Shown here in pieces: positions 15,162 through 28,552 of a DNA stretch of 64,000 bases. The notes under the pieces are model-generated. The model searched no databases and had not been told where the DNA came from. It worked only from the letters and a program-made list of their open reading frames with translations. The stretch is from Rotaria socialis. Lineage: Eukaryota. The stretch spans positions 62,001-126,000 of the forward strand of contig CAJNYD010000549.1 of NCBI GenBank assembly GCA_905331295.1. The letters are read 5' to 3'. Numbering within the stretch: position 1 is the first letter of the stretch; every line of letters starts with the position of its first letter. The position numbers and the translations under genes were made by a program.

Positions 15162-17748
15162 TTACCAAATGATCCAATGATCTAAATATGAAGCTAAAGG
15201 TAAAAGATGTTCATTAAATTTGCTTGTTTGAACAACACAGCAATCAACAGATCCGAGATTTTTATCGATTTCAAATTGTTCATCGATTTTTATTCGAGTT
15301 TCATCGGTTAAATCAATACGTTCCATCATTTTCGTTGGTTGTCCTGTTTCACTATTATACCCACCAACAATATATAATGAATCACCTAAGATTAAAAGAA
15401 ATAAAATATTGGATAGACTTTAGAAAAGATTATTTTATATGATCACGTAATTGATTTTGTCGAATGTCTTTGCTGACCTTTTCAATAAATCCTTTAGAGC
15501 TGTAATAAATGTTTTTTTTTCACAGGTATTTTATAAAAAGGTCTTCTTCAGTTTATCTGAATATCTCATAAAAACTTATCTCTATACGATTTTCATTGAG
15601 CCTGATAAAAGTCATTTTCTAAAAATAAATTTCTTTTCTAGAAAATACAACGAACTTTATCACTAGAATTCAGTGCTGAAGTCCACAAATGTTAAGAGGT
15701 ATGCGCTCGAGAATCAGATAACTTTGCCTTTGCAAGTCACCTTCGAATAGAGAAAAGATTTTTATCGCTGCTTCTGTTTTTGACTTATGAATGATGAGTA
15801 GGATTTTCGCTGATGACGCTCGTTGCATCTCATAGTTTTTACTTGGTGAGCTCTAATTTATATGTATGTGAAACCTAACATTTGACTAGTTAAATTTCAA
15901 AAAGAAACCTGATGATACTGTTTTCTACTATGTGAAAATATGCATCATTGTATCGCATGATAGGGTGACAAAGTATTTTTTGTTTTGTTTTGGCAATATG
16001 ATGATTAATATCAAAATGTATACAAATATTTATCATTAATCGCATGTTATTAGTGAAACTTGATGTTTACTTTAATATTGAGTATGACGTAAATGATCGT
16101 AAGAATTTAACGTGCGTAGATGAAAAAAAGATAGGCCAAAGAAAAATACATTATTGAAATATTTTTGCTTACGATGGCAAATAGTATTTTATTATGTCAA
16201 GAATATAACGAGAAAAAAAACCACGCTAACGAAGCTGCATGTCAAAATAAATCAACTCAATCATTCGATTAGAACCCACGCTTTTCACTAATAGAAAGAA
16301 GAGACGTTTAGACACGTTTTTTCTTCAAATACTATGCAGGAAAATATTATCTGCCATCTTCCAGAAGCCTTCAAAAACAAACGCACGAAACTGATGTATC
16401 TATTTTCATTTTGACGCGCTGTAATGCAGAGCTACAGTTGAAGACAGAGTTTAATTAAATATTAGCACATTTTCTGGTGATTTTCTTTTTCGAAATGAGA
16501 CACTGTAGTTACTGGCTACCGCCGTTGACACGCTATCAAGAGACTACATACACATTGTTATTAATACCGACGTGAAAGTTGATATATTCTTTTACTGAAT
16601 TCAAACAAAAGAAAACAACTTATTTCATTGATTAAAAACAATCCTTGTTGTTCTAATCCCTTTCTCCTCATAGAACGAGAAAATAATCTGATCAAATATA
16701 ACCCCTTTGTTTTCTTAGCATAAAAATACCTGCATAAATCAATAAAAGAATTTTTGCTTTTGTAAAATGCGAAACGCCTTTTATTTTATTACCTAGTTGA
16801 AAATAACCACAGTCTGTACGCGGATGTAGTAATTGATGGCCTAGATCTTCCCACGCTGGTGCACTCTCTGACGATGGATTATTAATACGATAGATTGAAT
16901 GCATATTTTGAGCATATTCCCCGTTTTTTTCACATCCTATACTTATAAACTGAATTGATATTGATTCAATTTGACTATTTTCTTACCCCCAAATAGAAAT
17001 ATATTATTGTTTACAAAAGTAATGCAATGTTGTTGACGTAGCTCAGGCAATGTATACGTTGTTAATGAACGTTTCCATTCATTTGGGCGAGGATCAACAA
17101 TGCTACAAAAAAAACAGAAACAACAATAAGTCGAAAAAAACAAAATTCTTTTTTTTTCTAACACTAATTCATTCGTAGATTGAGCTTCGAGTAATGAACT
17201 AACACCGCCGCATGACCATATTTTTCCATTAATTGTACAACTTGCATGATTTCGTCTTGGTTTTGGTAATGTGCCAATTTCTTTCCATCGATCAGCTACG
17301 GGATCATAGGCTTCAACGGTTTGTATAATCGCACCTTTAAGACCTTCGCCACCCAGTACATATATTTTCGAATCGAAAATGCTCACAGAAAAATTAACTC
17401 TGCGAGAAGAAAACAATATGATAATTAAAATAGCAATGATTTCAAGTACCGTGGAGCTTGCATGGAATCACACGTTCTCCAAAAATCAATTTCAGCATCA
17501 TATTTAAAAACACCACACGAAAGACGACCGGTCGATGCATAACGACCGCCCATAATATAAATTGAATTTTGAAATGAAATAGCTCTGATGATTGAAAGAA
17601 AATGTGTTTTAATTGAAAAATATTAATTTTGCTAAAAAACCTGTTCTACCTGTAATCAACAAGATCCCGCATAAAATAGAAAGTAGCGGATAATAACATT
17701 GGACAGACGCGTTCTTCTTGATGTGCCATTAAATATGGTATATCGCAT
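15162..17748 (-). CDS. Kelch-repeat (beta-propeller) protein, no BTB/BACK domain seen; start codon uncertain
   Basis: Spliced exons give repeated kelch units: SIYIMGGR..YDAEIDFW, KIYVLGG..YDPVADRW, KIWSCGG, NIFLFGG, GYFQLG|DSLYIVGG. Stop at 15162-15164. The in-frame ATG is at 17748; an out-of-frame ATG lies at 17816. Confidence 0.8.
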
Positions 17749-20205
17749 GATGGTTGATTACGAGAAAAAAATAAAACAAATGTTACTTTGTCTTCATTAG
17801 ATTGTTGTGGATTCATGATAGTAGTGTTTAAATTAACAAAATTAATGTTTCTTTTCTAGTCTTTTTACACTCCGTACAACAAACATAGAAATTCAGTGAG
17901 AACTTTTCAATTGTTTCGTCTTTTACATTAATTCTCTCGTTTTCTTTTTTAAACGCGCATGTAGTTTCGAATAACAACAACAGCATCCGATGCAGCAACA
18001 AAACATTCAGATACGTTTAATAGAGCATACATAGAAGCACTTCATCTTTCTTTTTCTCATCATGATTATGATGGTTACTATCGTTGAATAAGAAAAGAAA
18101 AATGAAAATAAATCGCTCGGTTTTTTTACGTTATGTGAATAGAAGACAAGAAAAAGAATCAAATGCAATGGTCGTTATTTAAAAAAACGTCTAAGTGAGA
18201 AAATGTTTCTAACAGCAACCATACTTCAATGAAGAATATATATTATATTCATGTCGATTCGATTAGAATCTTTGAAATTGAAAATAAGAAGAAAACATTT
18301 CATTTGATGAATAAATGAATGAATGTATTTGGGTAATAATCGCGCATCAGTCTTATCTACCTTTATGTCGCCTACGTCAATATGAGATATTATTTATTAT
18401 ATTTATCTTATAAAATTTCATTTTTTATATCTTCTAAGGTCAAAAATAAATTATGGAAAAAATATTATTATGCAATGAATTCCATGTTGTGTTTAATTTA
18501 TATGAAAGTTTTATTTGATTTTATGGCGAAAAGGAAGTTTGAAATGGTGAAATGCTTATTACTCCTAAAGATTTCAAAATGTAACAGCAACACAATGATT
18601 GGAGAAAACGACAGGTTTGTGTGAGAGAGAAAGAGAAAGGAAAGGGTAAAAAACATTTTTGTGTAGGCCGTGAAAAACAACTTGGGTAAAGTAGACGAGA
18701 AAAAAAATCATATTCATGAGTCAAATGCCCCTTTCTTTTCACACATTTGTATGCGCCCCTGACTTGCCTTTTAACCCGACACTATTGTATTACTCGTAGG
18801 TAGGAAAAAAACAAAGTTACTGTTTATTTTCATTTTCATTCCTATTCCTCTACTGTCCCAGTTAGTGATAAGCAACAACTGTACTTAGGCCCATCGATAA
18901 GTGACAACAACGAACAAAACCCAGTTTCTCAATTCAACGTAGAACAAAAACAAAAAAGGTATAGACAACAACGTCATCGAAACTAAAGCCAGTGATACGC
19001 AGAGCTGTGTGCTTTTTCTTTTTTTATTAATTCGAATCAATGAAAAGACTAGTAAAAAGAAGAAAAGAATGGCTTTGCTATTTCTGACACGCTATTACTA
19101 CTCCATTCATATGCATGAGGATCAATATCTAAAGACGAAAACAAAAAACATTTATATGATCCAGGTAAAGAAACTCGTGATCGTGAGCAAATCAATTTTC
19201 CCTTCTGGTACAAATGACATTTGGCACAATGAATATTATTTTGAAAGAATCTTTAGCTCTTATTTTGAATAGAACATCATTCTATATGCCATTGTGTTCG
19301 GAGTTAGTTTATTCATTTGATTGATCACTTGTGACAATGAAAAAGTAACGAATTTAGATTGTTCGATAGACTTTATTCAATGAAAAGTTTCACAGATTAA
19401 GCCAGCATAGATTGGTACTATTTCAATCTATGACTCTGATGATGATATATCAACAGTCTAATTAGAATTTATGTGATAATTAGAAAAATGTTAATAGTCT
19501 AAAAATAGTGCATTTGTTTTTCGCTTTATCTGAAGCGTTTATTTTTTCAGCACCAGATGCTTATCATTCTACATATGATAAAGAAATATTATATATATTC
19601 ACACGTAATAGCTTAATACATGTGATGTTTCTTATTTGAGAAGGGTAGTTTAAAACGAAAATCAATACTGTTTACCTATTATTCGTGGCGGTAACATATT
19701 TAAAAAAACGTCAGTCAAAAATTACCCATTGCCCCAATTTTATCGATAGTTATTTAAAGAAATAGATTCAGGTAAATATATTTACATTCTCAAATTATGT
19801 ACACAATCATAGACTAGCAATCAAAGAAAAAAGGAAAGATATTGCCCATTATAAAAGAAAGAAAAATGTCATGTAATTGAAATTTATGGTTATGTTATCT
19901 TGGTGACATCTATTGAGACGATGCAATATTATATATTTTTTTAATGGTATGATTCAAAATATCATTAAATTTTTTTAAACGTTAATTATAGAAATAGTAA
20001 TAGTTATGATATGTTTCTATCTGTTTCGAAGTTTACCTTTGCTTCTAATGAGTACTTGAGAAATGAGTGTCAACAGTGAGTAATAAACAAATAACTATAT
20101 GAAAAGAAAAACAGAGAAAACTTGTTCCGAGGAAAAATCTAATACGTAGACTGTAGGTTAAATTAGAAATTCATTATTTTATTTTATTTATTTTTTGTTC
20201 AAGGT

Positions 20206-21888
20206 ATGAATTCATTTGTCAATGAAAGTATTTTGGCCGAAAAGAACATAAACATGTTATCAAATGTTGAAAATTCTACATCAAATTCGATCAATCTGAT
20301 CTTTTCTAAAAGTTTGCCTAGTTGTATCACTAGCAATGCCAATGAAACAATCAAATATCCTTCAACGGAAAAACGAACACCTTTGACAAAAGCATACAGT
20401 TGTTCAGATGCAATGTCATCGTGTAGCAATGAACATTTTCTCTTTATATCTCCGAGAGAATTTTGTGAATTAATGTCTGAGAGTTCGCACATGCACGAGC
20501 GAAAATATCCAATAGTAGATTGTCGTTCTCAAATAGATTTCGGCTGTGAACGTATACGTTCATCACACAATGTTAATTGCCGAGCTAAGATAATGGCTAG
20601 AAAACTAATGTCAAAACGTTTAGAAGAGGTTGAACCGAGTCTATCAGCATGTTTAAACAATTCTGATATTGTTATACTTTATGATCAATCAACAGATGAA
20701 CGAATTCGAGATAAAATACGTTCATCACCAATAAATCTCGTTATACAAGCAGCAAATAAATCAAACAAAAAAGTGCATATCATTCAAGGTAACACAATAA
20801 AGAAAATTCATAAACGGAAACTTTTATCACTACATCCTTAGGCGGTTTTGATGCTGTTAAAAATCAGTATCCACATTTAATTGAATGTGCCATAGACATA
20901 ATGCCAAGAGAAAAACATGAACACGATCATTTACCATCTTCTCCTGAAGTATTTGACAAAGAAAATTTTACTATGTCACAAATTTTACCTCATGTATTTG
21001 TAGGTATGTATTCATTTGCAGCTATAAATCTATTTTTATATTTAATCAGATTTTCGTAAACAAGAAGAGAAAAAAAGCAGTACTTTTTTTTCTTTGATAA
21101 AATTTTCGATAATGTTATAGCTAAATAAATATAACTCAATGAATGATTACAAGGCATTGTGTCATTAAGCAAACACCATAAAGAATGAATAATTAAATAA
21201 AATAGCAAACATACATTATCATCTCTTCAAGATTTGAATGATAACAAAAAGAAAATTCTATATCTTCTATTATCTTAAGGTAATGTACATGATGCTCAAA
21301 ATCTTGATCGTTTAAATCAAAATGGTATTACACACATTATAAATTCAACACCAGATTTGCCATGTTTATGGGAGAAAAAGTGCCAGTACATGCGAGTTGC
21401 TATACGCGATTTACCATCGGAAAATATTCGAAAAAATTTCGACAAAACTTTTCAATTCATTGGTTAGTTTTAAATTCTTCTATGTGTGTTTACACATAAT
21501 TAAAAATAATTTCATAAATCTAGATGAAGCCTTACGCCAGAAAACGAGCAATGTTCTTGTTCACTGTTCAGCTGGTATCAGTCGAAGTTCAACAATAGTA
21601 CTTGCTTTCATGATAAAAAAATATCGTATGACCTTGGATGAAGCTTTTACAAAAATGCGTCAATTACGTCCAATAGTTGATCCTAATATCAGTTTTATTA
21701 TACAACTAAGAGATTGGGAAAAATCAGTTCTACTAACAACAGGAACAAAACTCGACCCAGCCGATGATACTTCAAATATCAGTTGTACTGTGACACGATC
21801 GGCACCATCTGTTACGTACTGTGGTTCCACATCGAAAAGTAAAACAGACAAAAACTCTCTTACAGAATCAGCTATTATTGTTAAGTAG
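20206..21888 (+). CDS. Dual-specificity MAP kinase phosphatase (rhodanese/CH2 + DSP domains)
   Basis: Exons ~20206-20788, 20842-21003, 21280-21462 and 21523-21888. IVDCRS..IRSSHNVNC and IIQGGFDA rhodanese motifs; SQILPHVFVG; catalytic VLVHCSAGISRSSTIVLAF; RPIVDPNISFIIQL. Confidence 0.92.
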
Positions 21889-24840
21889 TAAATTCAATTT
21901 CTCAAGAATGACAATAATAGCGAATTAAAAACAAGACGATTGCTAATTTTTTTCAATTTAATTTTTTCCTGGTTTTTTCTTCTGTTTGTCATCTACCATC
22001 AATTTTTAATTATGTATATGTATACATATATATATATATATATACTTGAAAGATGAGTACCATCTTTTCTTTTAAGAAAAAAATAACAGAACTCATCTAC
22101 GGATACAAAAACAATGCATTTTTCTTTTCTTGTACATACGAGAATGTTCGTTTTCGACAATTATATGCATTCGTACATATAAATACGTAGAATTGAAAAA
22201 TATTTATACGGTTTTTCCACTTTGTGTGAGTTCTGGTCTGAAATTATTTCTTTAAGTGTTGTGTTGTCGTAAAGCGTTCATTTTCTTTTTCTCGTTGTTG
22301 TATATTACTCTCAAAGTGAGATGATAGAGAAAAAATTTTCGGTTGCTTAAAGCGTTTCGTGTAAGTCTTGTATTTTCAGTTTTGTTTTTGTTGTTCTCCT
22401 ATAGATGATACGATCCACTGTTTTATTGTATTTTTTAATTGTACATTCAAAAATGTACTGCTATTTTAAAAATAAAAGAAAAAGAAACATGTTGCTTTGT
22501 GTCTAGTAATTTATGAAAAATAGATGAAGCAGCAAATATTATGATTTCATTCGGTCTAAGTGTATGACGAAATATAAATTATACTTTTTCAATTATACAA
22601 TAATGAAGAGAAAGATCTATTTTAATTTGTTTACGTCTTACTTTTTGGTTTCTATTTGATCGAACGACGCATTATTCATAAAAAAAAACCCGGCTGAATT
22701 CACAACATACGAAATCATTCGTGACGTTGTTTTTTTACGGAATTTCGAAATGTCAGAATTTTGTTTAATTGAGTTTACTGACTGATTTCAAACATTGTGA
22801 AGAAGTCAATCTTGCATAAGCGTGGTTAAAGCAACTGTCTACTATTTTTGAAGCCAACGGGAGAATAGCTGATGAGTGCTCGGTGAAATATTCTCTATGG
22901 CCGAATGAGTAATACAAGTAAAACATCAATTAAATGCAGAGATGTGCGCCGTGGGACACAGAGCGCCTACTAGTTTATGTAGCGTGGGCAACAAACAATT
23001 GATTTTCATTCATATTTTTGATGAATACATTCTTCAACGTTAAGAATTAATAGAAACTCAATAATCTCGGTCATTTTCTATTCTGATAAGAGTAAACATT
23101 CATTCATGAACGATGCTAAGTTAATCCACACATAATCGCCCTTGATAATCACATATTTTGATGCATGTACAATATGAAGTTATCTTTTTGAACATCTTGT
23201 TGCATGATCGATGCATGAAAAATGGTTATGGTATTAAAAATACTATGCTTTTTTTTTTGAATAAAGAGCAGATGGTGACCATTCATTTTTCAAATTCGAT
23301 TACATTGAATGTACTAGTGCTTCTGTAAAGACACTGCGTCATTCGTAATAGTATTAGTAAAAAAATAATGATAGTTACTATTTTTGGATGTTCGTGATAG
23401 AATTTCATGTGTTCATGCTGTCTATCTATTGAAATAGCAATAAATTCGTAGGCTCTGGAGTATTAGTCGTTGTAGATCTTCTATGCAGAAGAACATATAT
23501 TCAATTAGTTCACTGGCGATGAGTAAGTAAAAATCGATTTGATGAGCGAGTTCTCAACAGACTAAGTCATTCATTAAAATTGGATGTTTGAAAAGAAGAA
23601 AATAGATGCGAATAACAATTCATTTTGTTTCTGGGTCATATCATAAGCCACGCTTATATCGTTCTCACTCAATTAGTATCTATTTGTACAATAATTCAAT
23701 TAATCTAAGATAAGAAATCAATAATCGAAAAAGAAATAATTCAAAATTCCATTTATTTTAATAAGAAGAATATCGCAAGAGAACACATTTTAAATCTATT
23801 AGCTATTTGTCAAGAACTACTTATCAGCGATATTCATGTCGATATAGAAAATAGATAAAAATTAAGGTTATTTCAAATTATTCACATTTTTATTACGTTA
23901 ATATAAGATATCAAATATACATTAATCTATCAGTTCATCTTTAAGCCAGTTTTCTGTCTTGGCAATCTGTAGACAGAACATTTTCCTTGCTCGCACCAAT
24001 GGTTTTATCCCTCACATGCTGCCTAGGAGACTTGATATATGACCTAACATAAACTATTTGCAAACTGTCCATATTAATACTGTATAGTGGAGTCTAACAA
24101 AAAAAGAAGCAGGAAAAGAAAAGAAAAACTTACTACCCCTCATTCAAAGAAATAAAACGAATCAAATATAAATATTAATGAAAAATTTATGTATATATCA
24201 CGGCTATTTATATGAATTTGAAGGTTACAAAAGAAGATAGGAGATATGCTCATTGATTTCGATGTTCATCATCATCTTTTTTTTCCCGTCATTCGAAAAA
24301 TTCAATTCAGTTAATATAATGCAATATACGCATACATAGATACATAAATATAAATATATATATATATATTCATAATATGTATATGTGTATATGTAGGCAA
24401 GCCGCGTGATGAACGTAGCTGGTCGTCGTCTTCGTCTCGGTTAAGTTGAATTTCATTTGCTAAAGTCTTTTCAAGGGACACTCTAAAGCACTCATTCGAG
24501 CGTGTCCATGAGACAAACGAAACGAAACGAATGAATAAAAATGGTTGTCACTTTACAAATAAGAAGTCGTCCTCTTTTATCATTGCTATTAGCAATGATC
24601 ATCACCTAGCTAGTGACTTTTTTTCGTCTTGTTTCGTTTCGGTTTTTTTTTTCTACTAATGAGAGCAACAACGAGCAATGTTTGATAAAATACCTTTTAT
24701 CATTGCTGTCGTCGCTCTATTCTTATATTAATCATTAATCTCTGCCCTATTCTTTATTTTTCTATTGCTCTGATCAGTTAAATTGTGTGTGTGCAATTAA
24801 ACGAGTGCAATAACGTGTTTTATTTTGATAGTTATAGAAC

Positions 24841-27485
24841 ATGTCTAGCAGCATGTATTATAATTCCGTTCAATCTTCAAAACCACCACAACCAACTGCT
24901 TATAATTATCATCGTCAACATCGTCAGCAGCACCATCACAGTTCTCATCATTCATCTCCAGTATCACAGATTCCAAATGTTTCTTCATTTACAAATCATC
25001 ATTTTCTAATGAATAACAATAATAATAATCATAGCATTCAGTCTCAACAAACCCTACTTTCGACTCCGACATTATTGCCGAATCAGTCCTCAGCTTATTT
25101 TCTTGATAGAATAGATTTAGAAAATTATTCAACAAACATATTAAAGCAAACAGTCGAAAATATTGTATCCACAACGCAATCTAAAGGTTCGTAAACAACA
25201 ATAGCAAAAGACTCACCTTTTCCCTTCACCTTACGAATCATGATTTATGTTTTACCTTTAGGATTAAAGGTGAAATTATCATTGCCAGACGATGGATTAA
25301 TAATCAATAATATCACCGATCCAAATAAATCATGGTTATTCAAAAAATCAGAGCTACTCTACTTTTGGCGTGATTCTAATTACTTAAATATAATTGTCGT
25401 TGTGACAAAAAACCGGTCACGACATCATCCAGAGCGACCTTATTCAGCATCGATATTTCGTTTACGTGGTACTGATTCTACTCAGTTGTTTCTTCAACAA
25501 GCTCAAATCTTTTTTGCTAATTTATCAATATCAGCAAGTACTTCAAATACATCGAAATCTAGCAGAAATAAATCAGTTGAAAAAACGATTCTAAAAGAAA
25601 ATCGAACTAGTGATCAAAAATCTTTATCGAGTATTAAAATGAAAACTAAGCCTCATTCAAATGCTATGGAAAAGCCGAGTTCTACAAAGAAAACTGTAAC
25701 TAATCGTGATCCGTCACCACAAACAACAGCAAAAACCAATATACGTCGTGTTACGCGAGCAGAATTCGATACTGGTAGAGCAACAATAAATTCAGCAAGG
25801 AAAAAATCTAATAATCGAACATACAGTGAAACAGCATCATCCATCGACTCCCAAACAACAAGTTCGACGCGAGAAGTTTTTATGTCTACAGAAAAATCTG
25901 ATGATAATGACGATGATAACATGAGGACAATAGCAGCAAACAATAATCTATCAACAGAACAGATAGCTGAATTAATGCGTGAATTAAAACAATTACGGAA
26001 TGAAATAGCATCGTTAAAATTAGAAAAGAGAATACTGACATCAACACGTTCGATGAGTACGAGCCCATTGACTGTTGATCCTGAACCTCTGAAACAAAGA
26101 ACAGATTCATCGACGGCGACAACATCACCAACATATACTGATATAACATCACAATCGGAAGTTGATGCTGAAACACAAACTGATTTTAGTTTACCACAAA
26201 TTAGACGAAGACAATTATCGAAGAAAAATAAAAAAACAATGATAGGATCCAGTAGTATTGTACCAACACTGCAGAAAAAAATTGAACAGACAGAAACAAG
26301 AAATGGTAGAACATTATCTAGTAGTTCAACAACTACTGGATCTGATCAAGAAGGTAAGTAAAATAATTTAAAAGAAAATTGATAAGATTCTCTCTTGTTC
26401 ATTAATACATTTTATAATATAAATATTTTTCATTTTTACACGCCGTGAAAGTTACTCTGTGATCGACGATATTTTTACCATTATTCAAAGAATGGAAACC
26501 TTTGAAACTTTTCAAAAACTGTATATTTATGAATCTAAACGAAACGTTATCATCTTGAGAAATAATTTCATGTCTATTTTCATTACAATTTAGCAGTTTC
26601 TAATTAAAAAATTATTTTTCTCGATTATTTTCCCAAACGTTAAAATATTCATCTACAGTGTCTTTGTAAGGTCTACCAAAAATCAAATTCAATATTTAGA
26701 CTGAATATTCACAAAGACTTCATACGAATTTTTCCAAGGCGAGAAAAATTTTAAAGAAAAACATTTCAAATATACAAGAATCAACTCGATTATCAATGAT
26801 AATTACAAAGTTTTTAGTAGTTTCATTTTAGATGCTAACTTTTTGATTAGATTACTATTAAATAATAATCAAAATAGCCCAAGTAACTCGGAATAAAACT
26901 ACTCTATTTTCTAAAATAAACATAAGTGTTAACAACTAATGAATAGAATGAATTCTTTCTCATAGTTGTCTAATGATATTTTTCTTTACAGGTACATCAG
27001 TAGAAGGTTCGTCGCAGGTTGATACTTCATCAAACGATACAAGTTTATCATTGACTCAAGAAACATATCAACCGCCAACCGTAACAGTAGCACCACCTCG
27101 TCCAGTATTAGTTCGAAATCAAAATGGTTTCGTTCCTTTAAATAATAACAGTTTACCATCGTACGCAATATCGAATGGTAATCTTGCGGTATCTAATTTC
27201 AATTCTACTGAAGAAAGGCCATTACTGCCAGCTACGTCGGCAATTATAGAGAAAGAAATGCCTGCATTTCCTTCCACATATATTTCTTCTTCAAATCAAG
27301 AAATTATGAGACCACCCTTACCAGTAATTGTAACAGGAACTACTTCAAATCTTCCATTGCCTTCAGAAAATTCAAAAGCTTCTGTAGAACATATCTATGA
27401 AAATATACCTATTATAATACAACCAAACTCGAATCCTGATAGTTATCATAATATACCTATTATTAATGTGGATGAACAACAGCAA

Positions 27486-27520
<35 letters not shown>

Positions 27521-28094
27521 ACAACAACAACAGGAGCCATCCAATGAACATGTTTATTCAACAATCCCGAATAATCATGAATCTGGAACGCAACAACAAT
27601 ATCCTATTTCAGGACAAACCATTTCGAATTTTAATCCAACAGTAGATAATGGCTCACCTGAAAATCAGCCACCAATAACAACTATTCCTCAACAAAAACC
27701 ACAAATAATATCGGCCGGTCGTCATCGCAATCAACCGATCTATTTTGCAAATCATTTAACAAATCCTATATTCAATATCGATAAACAATTATTAATAAAT
27801 ACAGTTGCTAATCAATTCGGCGTTGATCTGAACTCGCCACAATTACAACAACTAGTTACAAATCAACATTTATTTGCTGCACGTAAACGAACATTTGCCA
27901 ACATGGTTTGGCAATTAACACCTGACGAAGAAACTGCTCTATGTTCGCCACATACAGCAATACAAATCGATCTTACCGAGACAGAACCACTCGATTCCGA
28001 TTATGCATCAAATCGCTCAATATTAAAAGCAAATAATGGTTTTCAGTCAACACCAAAACGACGAAATATTACTTGGGATAGTACATTAGACTGA
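24841..28094 (+). CDS. Uncharacterised adaptor-like protein: PTB/PH-like N-terminal region, coiled coil, polyQ, Tyr motifs, C-terminal SILK/RVxW-like motifs
   Basis: Three long ORFs (24841, 25240, 26973) join in frame through introns 25187-25261 and ~26354-26991. The PTB-like call is by eye only. Confidence 0.7.
27477..27533 (+). repeat. CAA/CAG trinucleotide tract encoding 19 Gln
   Basis: Read directly inside ORF 26973..28094. Confidence 0.95.
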
Positions 28095-28552
28095 TACTCA
28101 TTGTATATCTATGTTGTTGTGTTCTTTTCGTACGACATATTTTTGTATAATATATTTAGAATCATTATTATTTCGAAAAAGAAAAAGAAAAAAACAAATA
28201 TAAATATATAAATTTATTATTATTATTATTATTATTGTTATACATGTGTTTATTCTTGTTGTATACTTTGAGTATTTTTCGATTGACATATAATTATGAT
28301 TAAACTTTCTTTTTCTTATACAAGTTCTACTTGCATAAACTATTTGTTTATAGAAGTCGTTCATCATTTCTAGAAAATTTGTTGTATATGAATGAGTATG
28401 AGTATCATCACATGCAGAACTACTGAAAAAATCTTCAAGATGATATAATTTTAGTGAAAATTCCATTTTCATAACAATATTTTCTTATTCTCTTTTATTG
28501 AAATAATATCGCAAATGTTTTTAAACAAAGAAGTGATAAAAAGATAAACATT

